From contig CAVSWW010000010.1 in the NCBI GenBank assembly GCA_963731815.1, positions 134,252 through 198,251 of the forward strand: a DNA stretch of 64,000 nt, written 5' to 3'. Below the pieces are notes generated by a model. That model searched no databases, was not told where the DNA came from, and saw nothing but the letters and a program-made list of their open reading frames with translations. This document shows, piece by piece, positions 54,550 through 64,000 of this stretch. How positions within the stretch are numbered: the first letter of the stretch is position 1; each line of letters begins with the position of its first letter. The translations under genes were made by a program, and so were the position numbers. This DNA comes from an uncultured Acidimicrobiia bacterium. Its GTDB lineage: Bacteria; Actinomycetota; Acidimicrobiia; IMCC26256; PALSA-555.

Positions 54550-55849
54550 ATGACGACCCGCTCCGTGACACCGCCCTCCGTCACCCCGGCCGAGGAAGAG
54601 CTCCCCCTCATCATCTCGGTCGACGACCACGTCCTCGAGCCGAAAGAGCTCTGGCAGCGGGAGCTCCCGGCGAGCGTGCGCGACCGCGGGCCCCGCACGT
54701 CGCGCGAGAAGGTGAAGCTCGTCTTCGAGGGCGGCCACTACGGCTTCGAGCGCGGCGTCGACGACGGCGACTGGTGCGACCTCTGGCTCTTCGACGACCT
54801 CGTCGTGCCGACCGGGTTCCTGCACGCGCCGGCCGGGACGCCGCGCAACGAGCAGCGCAACGTGCCGGCGGTCTACGAAGACTTCCGCCCGGGCGCCTAC
54901 GACCAGACCGCGCGGCTCGCCGACATGGACACCAACCACGTCGAGGCGGCGATCAACTTCCCCAACATCTTCCCGCGCTTCGCCGGTCAGGGCTTCCTCG
55001 AGCGTGACGACAAGGCGCTCTCGCTCGACTGCCTGCGCATCTACAACGACTGGACGATCGACGAGTGGTGCGGCGGCGCGGGTCGCGGTCGGCTCATCCC
55101 GCTGACGCTCGTCCCGCTCTGGGATCCCGAGCTCGCCGCCGACGAGGTGCGGCGATGCGCCGACAAGGGCAGCCACGCGATCGCCTACACCGAGAACCCC
55201 GCCGCGCTCGGGCTGCCGTCCCTGTACACCGGCGCCTGGGATCCGCTCTGGGCCGCGTGCGAGGAGACCGCGACGACGGTGTCGATGCACATCGGTTCGT
55301 CGTCGAAGATGCCGAGCACCGCGCCCGACGCGCCGCTCGCGACCTCCATGTCGCTCTACGCGCAGAACGCGCAGGGGTCGCTGTGCGACTGGGTGTTCTC
55401 GGGGACGCTGTCGCGCTTCCACGACATCAAGATCACGTACGCGGAGAGCCAGGTCGGGTGGATGCCGTTCCAGCTGGAGCGCATGGACAGCGTCTGGCGT
55501 GACGGCGTCGGCGGCGTCGACCTGCCCACTGCGCCGAGCGAGCTGGCGCGTGGTCGTGTGTTCGGCTGCGTGTTCGACGACCTCGTGCGGGCTCAAGTGC
55601 CGCGACGACGTCGGCCTCGAGGCGATCCTCTTCGAGACCGACTTCCCGCACTCCGACGGCACGTTCCCGCACTCGCGCAAGGTCGCGCGCGAGCTGTTCA
55701 ACGCCGCGGGCATGGACGCCGACGAGTGCCGAGCGGTGATCCGGGGCAACGCGGTCGCGGCGTACGGCCTCGACCGCTTCGGCGTCGTCGCTAGGTCAGC
55801 TGCTCCTAGGTCAGGTCGAGCCGGAGGCGCGTCAACGTCAGCGTCTTGA
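54550..55849 (+). CDS. amidohydrolase-2 family protein; one apparent frameshift near 55590 (3' end uncertain, 55794-55849)
   Basis: LPLIISVDDHVLEP and SMHIGSSS are in ORF 54550. ORF 55499 continues ILFETDFPHSDGTFPHS...IRGNAVAAYGL. Confidence 0.8.
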
Positions 55850-56253
55850 TCTTCCACGCGCCGTCCACCACCTCGTACGTCTCGAGGTAGTGGCCGTACC
55901 CGTGCAGCGTCGAGATCGGTGATCCCTCGGGCCACCAGAGGTGGTCCTCCATCGCCCAGATCCCGGTCGCGGTCGTCGGCGACGTGAGCATCGATCTCGG
56001 GCATGTGCCCGTGGTGGACGGTGACGACCGGGTCGACGTTGTCGCGCACGAAGTCGGCGATCGCGCGGTTGCCCGTCGTGAGGCCGGCGTCGGGGTCGTC
56101 CGACGGTGGGACCTCGCTCCGCATGTCCATCACCGCGTCGGGCGCGAACACGTCGGCGAAGCCGTCCCAGTCCTTGGTGTCCATGCACCGGAAGTAGCTC
56201 GCCTTCAGCCGCTTGATCTCCTCGATCGCGACGAGGCGGTCGACGTCGTTCAC
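55806..56253 (-). CDS. SnoaL-like / NTF2-fold protein; one apparent frameshift near 55990
   Basis: GTG 56253 overlaps the upstream TGA (GTGA). It reads VNDVDRLVAIEEIKRLKASYFRCMDTKDWDGFADVFAPDAVMD...TVHHGHMPEI. ORF 55806..55991 continues TATGIWAMEDHLWW...YEVVDGAWKIKTLTLTRL. Confidence 0.65.
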
Positions 56254-57241
56254 GCCGGCACCCGCGGCAGGACGTCGGTCTCGAAGAGCTTCAGCATCCT
56301 CCACGCGAGGTCGGGTGGGACGCCGCCGCACATCGGGTGGAACATCGCGAACCCGAACGGACCTTGCGCTTCGAGCTCGGCGACCATGTCGTCGGGCGTG
56401 ATGCACGCGGTACTGGCCGGTCGCCCGCAACGCCTCGAGATCGGCGACGGGCTCGTAGCCACCCGCCGCACCGACACCCGACTCCTCCATCCAGGTCCCG
56501 TACGCGTTCATCTCGTGCAGGGCATACGGCCCGTACTCCTCGCCAGCCCGTCCTCGACGTCGTCAGCGAGGAAGAACGAGCTGGTGTCGCCGCCCAGGTG
56601 CGGGCCCGGGTCGGGCTTCCCGACCTTCGCGCACTCGTCGCGCGTAGTGCTCCCAGACGTCGGGGGTCGAGGGCATGAAGCCGTCGGCGATGCGCGCGGC
56701 GCGTCGTGCCGCCGCCTCGCTGCTGCCGCCGAGCGTCAGCTTCGGTCCGCCCTCCTGGTGCGGCGCGGGCGTGACCTGCGCCCGACGACCGCGGTGCTCG
56801 AACGGCTCACCGGTCCACGCCTGCCGGAGCGTCTCGATCGCCTCGGTCGTGCGCGCGACGCGCTCGGAGAGGCCGACGCCGAACATCTCGAACTCGGACG
56901 GGACGTACCCGTTGGCGATGATCAGGTCGAGCCGCCCGCCGCTGATGCGGTCGACGACCGCGGCGTCCTCGGCGAGCCGGATCGGGTCGTGGAACGGGGC
57001 GATCATCGCCGCGATCTGGATGCGCGCGTTCTCGCGTGCGCGCCGCGATCGCCGCGGCCATCGGCAGCGGGCTCGGCAGGTAGCCGTCGGGCGAGCCGTG
57101 GTGCTCCGAGACGACGATGACGACGAACCCGAGCCCGTCGGCCCACTCGCACATGTCGAGCGCGGCGCGGTACCGGTCGGTCATCGAGGTCTCGGCGAAG
57201 TCCGGGTTGCGGAAGTCGAAGCGCAGGCCGAAGAAGCTCAT
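56250..57241 (-). CDS. luciferase-like (LLM class) flavin/F420-dependent oxidoreductase; about three apparent frameshifts
   Basis: Begins MSFFGLRFDFRNPDFA...GFVVIVVSEHHGSPDGYLPSPL (ORF 56807). ORF 56563 contains PIRLAEDAAVVDRISGGRLDLIIANGY, and the C-terminus is in ORF 56250..56477. Confidence 0.75.
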
Positions 57242-57262
57242 TGCTCCCTCATTCAGGACGGC

Positions 57263-58354
57263 TCACGACGAGAGGCTGAGGCTGACATGGACGGAGTCGC
57301 GGCCCTCGATGCGCCACGCGAGCAGGTCGAGCCCCTCCCCCAGCGTGTCGAGCGTCACGACGTCGCCGACGAGCACGGAGCGGTCGACCCGACCCGACAC
57401 GAGGAGATCGATCGCGACGCGCATCGACGGCGGCGTGAACCCGGCGCCGCCGACGACCGTGAGCGACTTGAGCACGATCATGTCGCTGACGAGACCCTCG
57501 ACGGGCTTGTGCAGCTTCAGCCCCGCCAAGAGGATCCGGCCGTTCATCTTCGCGAGGTCGATCGCGAGCGGCACGGTCGCCGTCGTCACCGCGGCGACGT
57601 CCATCACGACGTCGGCCATCTGCCCGTGCGTCAGCGCGCCGACACGCGCGACGGGATCCTCCTGCTCGACATCGACGGTCTCGTCGGCACCGAGCGCGCG
57701 AGCGGCCTCGAACCGCAAGCCGTCGGCCGACGTACCCGTGACGATGATCTGCGTGGCGCCGGCCGCACGCGCGGCCATGACGCACGCGAGCCCCTGGTGC
57801 CCGGGGCCCTGCACGACGACCGTGTCACCGAGCTGCACGCCGACGCGCTGCACCCAGTTCACGGCGCTCGCCAACGGCTCGAACATCGTGAGCTCGACGG
57901 CCGGGATGTCGGAGGGGACCTTGTGGAGGTTCGTGCCGGGGAGCAGCGCCATCTGCTCGCCGTACCCGCCCCAGAGCCCCGGGCCGTCGTCGATGGTCAT
58001 CGTGTAGCCGTACAGCTGCATGTTGAAGCAGAAGCTCCCGCCGCGGCAGCCGCCGCAGCTCCCGCAACGGATGATCTCGTCGACGCACACGCGATCGCCC
58101 TCGGCGAGCCGCCACTCGGCCGCGGCCTCCGGTGTGATCTTCGCGATGCGCCCGACGATCTCGTGGCCGGGCACCACCGGGTACTGCTGGCCCGGGACGT
58201 CCATGACGCCGTCGAGCTGCGCGAGATCGCTCCCGCACAAGCCGACCGCCTCGACCGCGAGCACCGCGCCACCGGGCGGCGGCTCCGGCGCGGCGAACTC
58301 GCGGACGTCGAACGTCCCGTCGCCGGGGAACACGCCGGCCCGTACGGTGCTCAC
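57263..58354 (-). CDS. zinc-dependent alcohol dehydrogenase (MDR family, intact)
   Basis: This is the C-terminal 364 aa of ORF 57263..59884, from GTG 58354. It contains AVGLCGSDL, VPGHEIVG, CGSCGGCRGG (structural Zn Cys cluster) and VVVQGPGHQGLACV. Confidence 0.8.
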   Translation of the reverse strand: MSTVRAGVFPGDGTFDVREFAAPEPPPGGAVLAVEAVGLCGSDLAQLDGVMDVPGQQYPVVPGHEIVGRIAKITPEAAAEWRLAEGDRVCVDEIIRCGSCGGCRGGSFCFNMQLYGYTMTIDDGPGLWGGYGEQMALLPGTNLHKVPSDIPAVELTMFEPLASAVNWVQRVGVQLGDTVVVQGPGHQGLACVMAARAAGATQIIVTGTSADGLRFEAARALGADETVDVEQEDPVARVGALTHGQMADVVMDVAAVTTATVPLAIDLAKMNGRILLAGLKLHKPVEGLVSDMIVLKSLTVVGGAGFTPPSMRVAIDLLVSGRVDRSVLVGDVVTLDTLGEGLDLLAWRIEGRDSVHVSLSLSS

Positions 58355-58411
58355 GAGCGGGATCGTGGCACACGGACGCACGACGCCGCTCCTCCGTAGA
58401 CTCTCCGGCCC

Positions 58412-59194
58412 ATGCCCGAGTCCAGAGTGCACCTGGCGATCGACGGCCCGATCGCGACGATCACGAACGACAACCCCGACAAGCACAACGCGTTCGACGA
58501 CGACATGGACCTCGAGCTCTTCGGCGTCCTCGGTGAGCTCAAGCAGCACCCCGAGGTCCGGGCCGTGATCTGGCGCGGCGAGGGCAAGTCGTTCTCGTCG
58601 GGGCGCGACGTCGGCTCGATCGGCAACCTGAAGGTCGAGCTGTCGCACCACGAGCTGATGCGCCGCGGCCACCGCGGCATCCAGCAGGTGTGGGACCTCG
58701 ACGCGCCGATCATCGTCGCGTGCAAGGGCTGGGTGATGGGCGGGTCGTTCCAGCGCGCGCTGCTGTGCGACATCCGCATCGCGGCCGAGGGCACGCGGTT
58801 CCGGCTGCCCGAGGTCACGTACGGCGTGATCCCCGACACCGGCGGTGTCGCCGTCCTCTACGAGATGTGCGGTCACGGCGTCGTCAGCGACATGGTCCTG
58901 ACCGGGCGCATCCTGTCGGCCGAGGAGGCGCTCGCGCACGGCATCGTGAGCCGCGTCGTGCCCGCCGAAGAGCTCGACGCGACCGTGCAGGAGATCGCGG
59001 AGCAGATCGCGTCGTCGCCCGCGGTGACGGTGAAGATGGCCCGCGAGGTGATCCGCCACCTCGCGCAGCCGCAGATCCGCACGTCGATGAACGACGAGAT
59101 GATCTACCAGACGTTCATCAGTCGCAGCGACGACATGGCCGAGATGCGAGCGGCGCGCGCCGAGGAGCGCGACCCGCGGTACACGGGGAGCTGA
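58412..59194 (+). CDS. enoyl-CoA hydratase/isomerase family (intact)
   Basis: IATITNDNPDKHNAF, WRGEGKSFSSGRD and VACKGWVMGGSFQRALLCD are present. Confidence 0.85.
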   Translation: MPESRVHLAIDGPIATITNDNPDKHNAFDDDMDLELFGVLGELKQHPEVRAVIWRGEGKSFSSGRDVGSIGNLKVELSHHELMRRGHRGIQQVWDLDAPIIVACKGWVMGGSFQRALLCDIRIAAEGTRFRLPEVTYGVIPDTGGVAVLYEMCGHGVVSDMVLTGRILSAEEALAHGIVSRVVPAEELDATVQEIAEQIASSPAVTVKMAREVIRHLAQPQIRTSMNDEMIYQTFISRSDDMAEMRAARAEERDPRYTGS

Positions 59195-59202
59195 TCGACG
59201 AG

Positions 59203-60089
59203 ATGACCGAAGCGATCGGGCTCCCGACCCCTCCGCCCGTCGGCGCCACCGCGCTGCAGCCCGGCGAGTACGACGGGGTCGTGCGTCGTCGTGACGGGCG
59301 CCGGCACGGGCCTGGGAAAGGCCATCGCGTCGGAGTTCGCGCGGCTCGGCGCGTCCGTCGTCATCGGCAGCCGCAAGGAGGAGCACCTCGACGCCGGTCG
59401 CGCCGCGATCGAGGCGATCGGCGCGCCCGGTGCTCGCGACGACGTGCGACATCCGCGAAGCCGACTCGATCGCGGCGATGTTCGACGCCGCGGAGGACGC
59501 GTTCTCGCTGCCCGCGGTGCTGGTCAACAACGCCGCCGCGAACTTCCCCGTCCCCGCCGAGGACATGTCGCCGAACGCGTGGCGCACGGTCGTCGACATC
59601 ACGTTGACCGGGACGTACCTCTGCTCCCGTGAGTTCGGCCGCCGGCACCTCGCCGCGGGAACACCCGGCTCGATCGTCAACGTCGGCGCGTCGTACGCCT
59701 GGACGGGCGGGCCCGGGTTCGCCCACTCCGCCGCCGCCAAGGCCGGCGTGAAGAACCTCACCGAGACGCTCGCCGTCGAATGGGGCCCGTACGGCATCCA
59801 GGTGAACGGGCTCGTGCCGGGGCTGTTCCCGCACGAGGACATGACGGACGACATCCAGGGGAACCTCGAGCGCACGAACGACAAGGACGTGTGCCAGCCG
59901 GCGATGCGCGTCGGCCAGCGTCAGGAGCTCGGCTGGGCGGCCACGTTCCTCGCGTCGCCCTACGCGCGGTTCATCTCGGGGCACACGCTCGTCGTCGACG
60001 GGGCGAACTGGCAGCGCCGCACGCTCACGAACCCGCCGGTCGTCACCGTCCGCGACCAGATGGGCAAGGGGCCCTTCGAGCTGGGGTGA
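59203..60089 (+). CDS. SDR-family oxidoreductase (2,4-dienoyl-CoA reductase-like); two apparent frameshifts near 59280 and 59425
   Basis: MTEAIGLP... and VTGAGTGLGKAIASEFARLGASVVIGSR are in ORF 59291. ORF 59430..60089 continues with VNNAAANF and HSAAAKAGV. Confidence 0.75.
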
Positions 60090-60090
60090 C

Positions 60091-61323
60091 TCAGGCGAGG
60101 CAGTCGCGCGACAGCTCGTCGACGGACCGCACCCCGAGGAGCGCCATCGTCCGTGCCACGTCCGCCGCGAGCAGCCCGAGTGCGTGGTCGACGCCGGCTT
60201 CGCCGGCGGCACCGAGTCCGTACAGGTACGCGCGGCCGATCGTGCAGGCGCGTGCACCGAGCGCGACGGCCTTGACGATGTCGCTGCCGCGCCGCACGCC
60301 GCCGTCGCAGTAGACCTCGAGTCGATCGCCCACCGCGTCCGCGACCGGTGCGACGAGATCGAGTGGGGCCGGCGCGCCGTCGAGCTGGCGACCACCGTGG
60401 TTCGAGAGCGCGATCGCCTCGATCTTGTGGTCGGCCGCGAGCACGGCGTCGGCGACGGACTGGATCCCCTTCAGGATCAGCGGCCCGTCCCACACCGAGC
60501 GCATCCAGTCGACGTCGTCCCAGCCGACGGACGAGTCGAACTGGTTGTTCATGATGTCGGCGAGCTCGACGGCCTCGGTGCCGTCGGACACGCCACGGCC
60601 GACGACGTTCGCGAAGCGGATCGGCTCCGCCCGCACGAAGTCCCACGTCCAGCCGGGGTGCACGAACCCGTCGAGCAGCGTGTCGAGGCCGAGCTTCGGC
60701 GGGAGCGTGAACCCGTGGCGGACGTCGCGCTCGCGCCGGCCCTGGACCGCGGTGTCGACCGTGAGGATCAGCGCCTCGAACCCCGCGTCGCGGGCGCGCT
60801 CGATCATCTCCTTCACGAGACCTCGGTCGTTCCACACGTACACCTGGAACCACTTGCGGCCACCGTTCACCGCGGCGACCTCTTCGATCGAGCGCGTCCC
60901 GATCGTCGACAGCGAGTACGGGAGACCGGCGCGCTGCGCCGCCCGTGCGACGGCGAGCTCACCTTCGGGGTCGGCGATGCGGTTGAAGCCCGTCGGCGAG
61001 AGCGCGAGCGGGATCGGCACCTCACCGCCGAGCACGCTCGTGCTGGTGTCGATGTCGGCCACGTCGCGCAGCACGCGAGGGTTGAAGGTCACACGCGAGT
61101 ACGCCCGGGTGTTCTCGGCGAGCGTGCGCTCGTCCTCGGCACCACCGTCGATGTAGTCGAACACGCCGCGCGGCAGACGCCGTCGTGCGATGCGCCGCAG
61201 GTCGGCGATCGACGCGGCGCGTCGCAGGCGGCGCTTGACGGGATCGAGCTCGATGGGCTCGAACCGCAGCACCGAGCGCAGCGTCTCGAGGATCTGGCGC
61301 AGGCGCTCGACGAGGTGCGTCAC
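60091..61323 (-). CDS. FMN-dependent alpha-hydroxy acid dehydrogenase/oxidase (LldD-like, intact)
   Basis: GTG 61323 overlaps the upstream TGA. Motifs are VFDYIDGGAEDE, WFQVYVW, LILTVDTAVQGRRERD, LILKGI and ALSNHGGRQLD. Confidence 0.85.
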   Translation of the reverse strand: MTHLVERLRQILETLRSVLRFEPIELDPVKRRLRRAASIADLRRIARRRLPRGVFDYIDGGAEDERTLAENTRAYSRVTFNPRVLRDVADIDTSTSVLGGEVPIPLALSPTGFNRIADPEGELAVARAAQRAGLPYSLSTIGTRSIEEVAAVNGGRKWFQVYVWNDRGLVKEMIERARDAGFEALILTVDTAVQGRRERDVRHGFTLPPKLGLDTLLDGFVHPGWTWDFVRAEPIRFANVVGRGVSDGTEAVELADIMNNQFDSSVGWDDVDWMRSVWDGPLILKGIQSVADAVLAADHKIEAIALSNHGGRQLDGAPAPLDLVAPVADAVGDRLEVYCDGGVRRGSDIVKAVALGARACTIGRAYLYGLGAAGEAGVDHALGLLAADVARTMALLGVRSVDELSRDCLA

Positions 61324-62126
61324 ATCGGGTTCCAGGTGGGATCGCGCTTCTCGACGAAGGCGCTCGCCGCCTCGCGCATGTTGCCGGTGAACGTGCCGAG
61401 CACCTGGGTGCGGTTCTCGAGCTCCATCGCGTGCCGGAGGCTCGGCGCGTCGAGGTTCGCCCAGAGCCCGATCTTCGTCATGTACACGCCGAACTCGCTG
61501 TTCTCGAGCACCGCGGCGGCGAGCTCGCATGCGGCGTCGAGGAGGTCCTCGCGCGCGACGACCCGGTTGAGCATCCCGAACCGGTCGGCCTCGTCCGCAG
61601 CGAACCGCCGGCCGGTGAGCATGAGCTCTGCTGCGTGCGTCGGACCGACGATGCGCGGCAGGAAGTAGCTCGTGCCGACGTCGCACGACGAGAGCCCGAC
61701 CCGGATGAACTGGGACGCGAAGAACGCGTCGGTGCTCGCGACGCGAAGGTCGGAGGCGAGTGCCAGGGCGAGACCCCCACCGACGGCCGCACCGTGGACC
61801 GCGGCGACGACGGGCTGCGGCAGCTCGTGCAGCGCCAGGACGAGCTGCGCGAGGTCTTCCTGGATGACCTGGATCAGGCCGACCGGCCCTCGATCGCGGG
61901 CGCGCGCGGGGAGCTCCTCGTCGCCGGCGAGGTTCGCGCCGGCACAGAAGCCGCGGCCGGCACCGGTGAGCACGAGCGCGCGCGTGGCACGGTCGTGCGC
62001 GACGTTGGTGAGCACCTCGCGGAGCTCGCCGACCATCTGGCTCGACAGCGCGTTGTAGCGGGACTCGTCGTCCATCGTGACGACGGCGATGCCGTCGCCG
62101 CGATCGGTCAGGTGGACGAGGTCCAC
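61320..62126 (-). CDS. enoyl-CoA hydratase/isomerase family (intact)
   Basis: GIAVVTMDDESRYNAL, LTGAGRGFCAGANL and AAVHGAAVGGGLALALASD are present. Confidence 0.85.
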   Translation of the reverse strand: MDLVHLTDRGDGIAVVTMDDESRYNALSSQMVGELREVLTNVAHDRATRALVLTGAGRGFCAGANLAGDEELPARARDRGPVGLIQVIQEDLAQLVLALHELPQPVVAAVHGAAVGGGLALALASDLRVASTDAFFASQFIRVGLSSCDVGTSYFLPRIVGPTHAAELMLTGRRFAADEADRFGMLNRVVAREDLLDAACELAAAVLENSEFGVYMTKIGLWANLDAPSLRHAMELENRTQVLGTFTGNMREAASAFVEKRDPTWNPM

Positions 62127-62136
62127 GAGGTGTGCA

Positions 62137-62628
62137 TCAGGCGGGACGCGTCTCCGGCAGTCGCACGAGCGGGATCTGCCGGTCGGTCTTCGACTGGTAC
62201 TTCTCGTACCACGCGCGGTCGGCGGTGAGCAGGTCCCAGATGCGGTCGTACTCGTCCCCCTCGAGGATCTCGTGGTCCGACCAGAAGCGCTTGCCGCCTC
62301 GGATCGTGCACAGCACCTCGGGGTTCGCGTCGCGATCGGACAGGTTCAGGTACCAGGAGGGGTGGCCCGGCGCGCCCGCGAACGACGCGACGACGACACG
62401 GCGACCCTCGGGGTCGTTCCACGTCGGCAGCGCGACCTTGTGCTCCTTGCCCGACTTTCGGCCGATCGTGCGGAGCAGGACGTGGTGCATGCCGGCCTGC
62501 TGCCAGACCATCTCCTCGTCGTCCATCGCCTCCATCGCTTCGACGTGGGCGACGCTGAGCTTGGGGATCTCGTCGAGCGGCGGGGTCTCCCACACCTGCT
62601 CGACGTGCTGATCGGTCGTGTCCGCCAT
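62137..62628 (-). CDS. deazaflavin (F420)-dependent nitroreductase family protein (DDN/PF04075-like)
   Basis: Read from ATG 62628. It contains LLRTIGRKSGKEHKVALPTW...RRVVVASFAGAPGHPSWYLNL...EVLCTIRG. Confidence 0.75.
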   Translation of the reverse strand: MADTTDQHVEQVWETPPLDEIPKLSVAHVEAMEAMDDEEMVWQQAGMHHVLLRTIGRKSGKEHKVALPTWNDPEGRRVVVASFAGAPGHPSWYLNLSDRDANPEVLCTIRGGKRFWSDHEILEGDEYDRIWDLLTADRAWYEKYQSKTDRQIPLVRLPETRPA

Positions 62629-62660
62629 GCCGCCGAGGCTACCGGCGCGCCGGCTGGGAG

Positions 62661-63275
62661 TCAGACGAGCTGCAGGTCGCGCACGCGGTCGAAGCGCTTC
62701 GCGACGTCGGGCCAGGCGACGATCTGCCAGAACGCGTCGACCCAGTCGCCCTTCACGTTCTTGTAGTCGAGGTAGTAGGCGTGCTCCCACATGTCGAGCA
62801 CCATCAGCGGCACGGTGCCGTTGCCGATGTTGCCCTGGTGGTCGTACACCTGCTCGACGACGAGGCGCTGCGCCATCGGCTCCCACGCGAGCGTCCCCCA
62901 CCCGGAGCCCTGCACGTTGGTCGCGGCTTCGCTGAGCTGCTGACGGAATCCTTCGAACGAGCCGAGGCTCTCGTCGATCGCCGCCGCGAGGTCGCCCTCG
63001 GGCTTGCCGCCGCCGTCGGGGCTCATGTTCGTCCAGAACACCGAGTGCAGGATGTGCCCCGACACGTGGAACGCCAGGTTCTTCTGGAGCTGGTTGATCG
63101 TGTCGAAGCTGTCCTCGGTGCGCGCGTTCGCCAGCTTCTCGAGCGTCGTGTTCGCGCCCTTCACGTACGCGGCGTGGTGCTTCGCGTGGTGCAGCTCGAG
63201 GAGCGTCGCCGACAGGTGCGGCTCGAGTGCGCTGTAGTCGTACGGCAGGTCGGGAAGCGTGTAGACGTCGGCCAT
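62661..63275 (-). CDS. sodA: Fe/Mn superoxide dismutase
   Basis: Intact 204-aa ORF containing [29 protein letters not shown] and [13 protein letters not shown]. Third-position GC is close to 95% by hand count. Confidence 0.95.
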   Translation of the reverse strand: MADVYTLPDLPYDYSALEPHLSATLLELHHAKHHAAYVKGANTTLEKLANARTEDSFDTINQLQKNLAFHVSGHILHSVFWTNMSPDGGGKPEGDLAAAIDESLGSFEGFRQQLSEAATNVQGSGWGTLAWEPMAQRLVVEQVYDHQGNIGNGTVPLMVLDMWEHAYYLDYKNVKGDWVDAFWQIVAWPDVAKRFDRVRDLQLV

Positions 63276-63379
63276 GACGGGTCCTCTCGATGCGGCTTCG
63301 AGGTGTCCTTACCCATTCTGCCGCGCCCCGAACAACGTCACCCAGTGCCGGCCGACCCCGCCGTCGCTAGCCTGGCCGC

Positions 63380-64000
63380 ATGGCCGGAGCGGACGTACGA
63401 GCGCTGCCGATCGGCAGCGAACGACTCGCCCGTCCCGCGTCCGGCGACGACCCTCTCGTCGTGCGCAGCCCGTACGACGGTCACGAGGTCGCCCGCGTGC
63501 CGGCCTGCGGCCCGGCCGAGGTCGACCAGGCCGTCGCCGCCGCACGCCGCGCACTGCGCGACGACCCGCTCGCGGCGTGGCGAGCGCGCCGAGATCCTCG
63601 ACACCGCCGCCCGGTTGCTCCGTGAGCGGGTCGACGACTTCGCCCGGATCATCTGCCGAAGAGGCCGCGAAGCCGATCAAGACCGCCCGCGTCGAGGCGA
63701 CGCGGGCGGTGTCGACGTTCACGTTCGCGGCGGCCGCGGCGCGCGACCTCGCCGGCGAGATGATCCCGATGGACGCGAGCGACGCGGGCGTCGGCAAGCT
63801 CGGCTTCACGCTCCGGCGACCGATCGGCGTCGTCGGCGCGATCAGCCCGTTCAACTTCCCGCTCAACCTGGTCGCGCACAAGGTCGCGCCGGCGATCGCC
63901 GCGGGCTGCCCCGTCGTCCTGAAGCCCGCGTCGCAGACGCCGATCTCCGCGATCACCCTCGCCGAGCTCCTGCTCGACGAGTGCGGGCTCCCGTCGGGCC
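63380..64000 (+). CDS. aldehyde dehydrogenase family protein, 5' part (runs off window; apparent frameshifts)
   Basis: The N-terminus is in ORF 63380. My translation of 63811-64000 gives LRRPIGVVGAISPFNFPLNLVAHKVAPAIAAGCPVVLKPASQTPISA. Confidence 0.7.

Noticed and set aside
58355-59884. Upstream 510 aa of the 873-aa ORF 57263..59884(-)
   Set aside because: It is antisense to two well-supported plus-strand genes (ECH 58412..59194 and SDR 59203..60089). Only the C-terminal Zn-ADH part carries motifs.
62642-62653. Palindrome ccggcgcgccgg downstream of sodA as a terminator
   Set aside because: It leaves no loop (effective stem 4 bp), has no U-tract, and lies only 13 nt from the next start codon. 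It is too weak to call.

Overview
High-GC actinobacterial-type DNA. The window begins at a BamHI site (ggatcc), so it may be a cloned fragment. All calls come from reading the six-frame track and the DNA by eye and matching motifs from memory. No searches were run.

The window has three blocks.

(A) About 0.4-39 kb is a large cell-surface glycan locus. It contains:
- five clear sulfotransferases, two of them a tandem duplicate, plus one P-loop relative;
- two GT2 and five GT4 glycosyltransferases and two SAM methyltransferases;
- a pgl/bacillosamine-like set: a CapD/PglF-type dehydratase, a DegT aminotransferase, a fused PglC-like phosphoglycosyl transferase and PglD-like acetyltransferase, and an MsbA/PglK-like ABC exporter;
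- two NAD-epimerases, a UDP-sugar dehydrogenase, a CE4 deacetylase, a GNAT and a Wzy-like membrane protein;
- a Wzz/BY-kinase, an LMW-PTP, and a DUF4012 protein fused to an MraY/WecA-like domain with substituted catalytic motifs.

(B) Two modules inside or flanking block A combine PqqD (RRE-type) domains with HPr-kinase-like domains.
- At 27.0-28.5 kb a kinase-like gene is coupled to a double-PqqD gene and preceded by a Tat-signal Cys/Gly-rich ORF.
- At 39.6-41.3 kb there is a PqqD-thioredoxin-HprK-like fusion.
- An NTP_transf_5-type nucleotidyltransferase lies at 3.1-4.2 kb.
- No known RiPP core enzyme is present. This is my best candidate for an undescribed system.

(C) tRNA-Arg(CCG) lies at 41367-41441. 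It is followed by:
- a FecR-domain LPXTG protein, a peptide-type ABC substrate-binding protein, a flavoprotein disulfide oxidoreductase and a ColD/RfbH-like sugar 3-dehydratase;
- a TetR-associated catabolic cluster with amidohydrolase-2 paralogs, an acetoacetate-decarboxylase-like protein, enoyl-CoA hydratases, SDRs, an LLM oxidoreductase, an F420-type DDN, a Zn-ADH and an LldD-like oxidase;
- sodA and a partial aldehyde dehydrogenase.

Caveat: roughly half of the genes can only be read by switching frame one or more times. This affects both accessory genes and core-type genes. The sequence is therefore either error-rich or heavily pseudogenised. Coordinates of frameshifted genes are outer boundaries estimated by eye.
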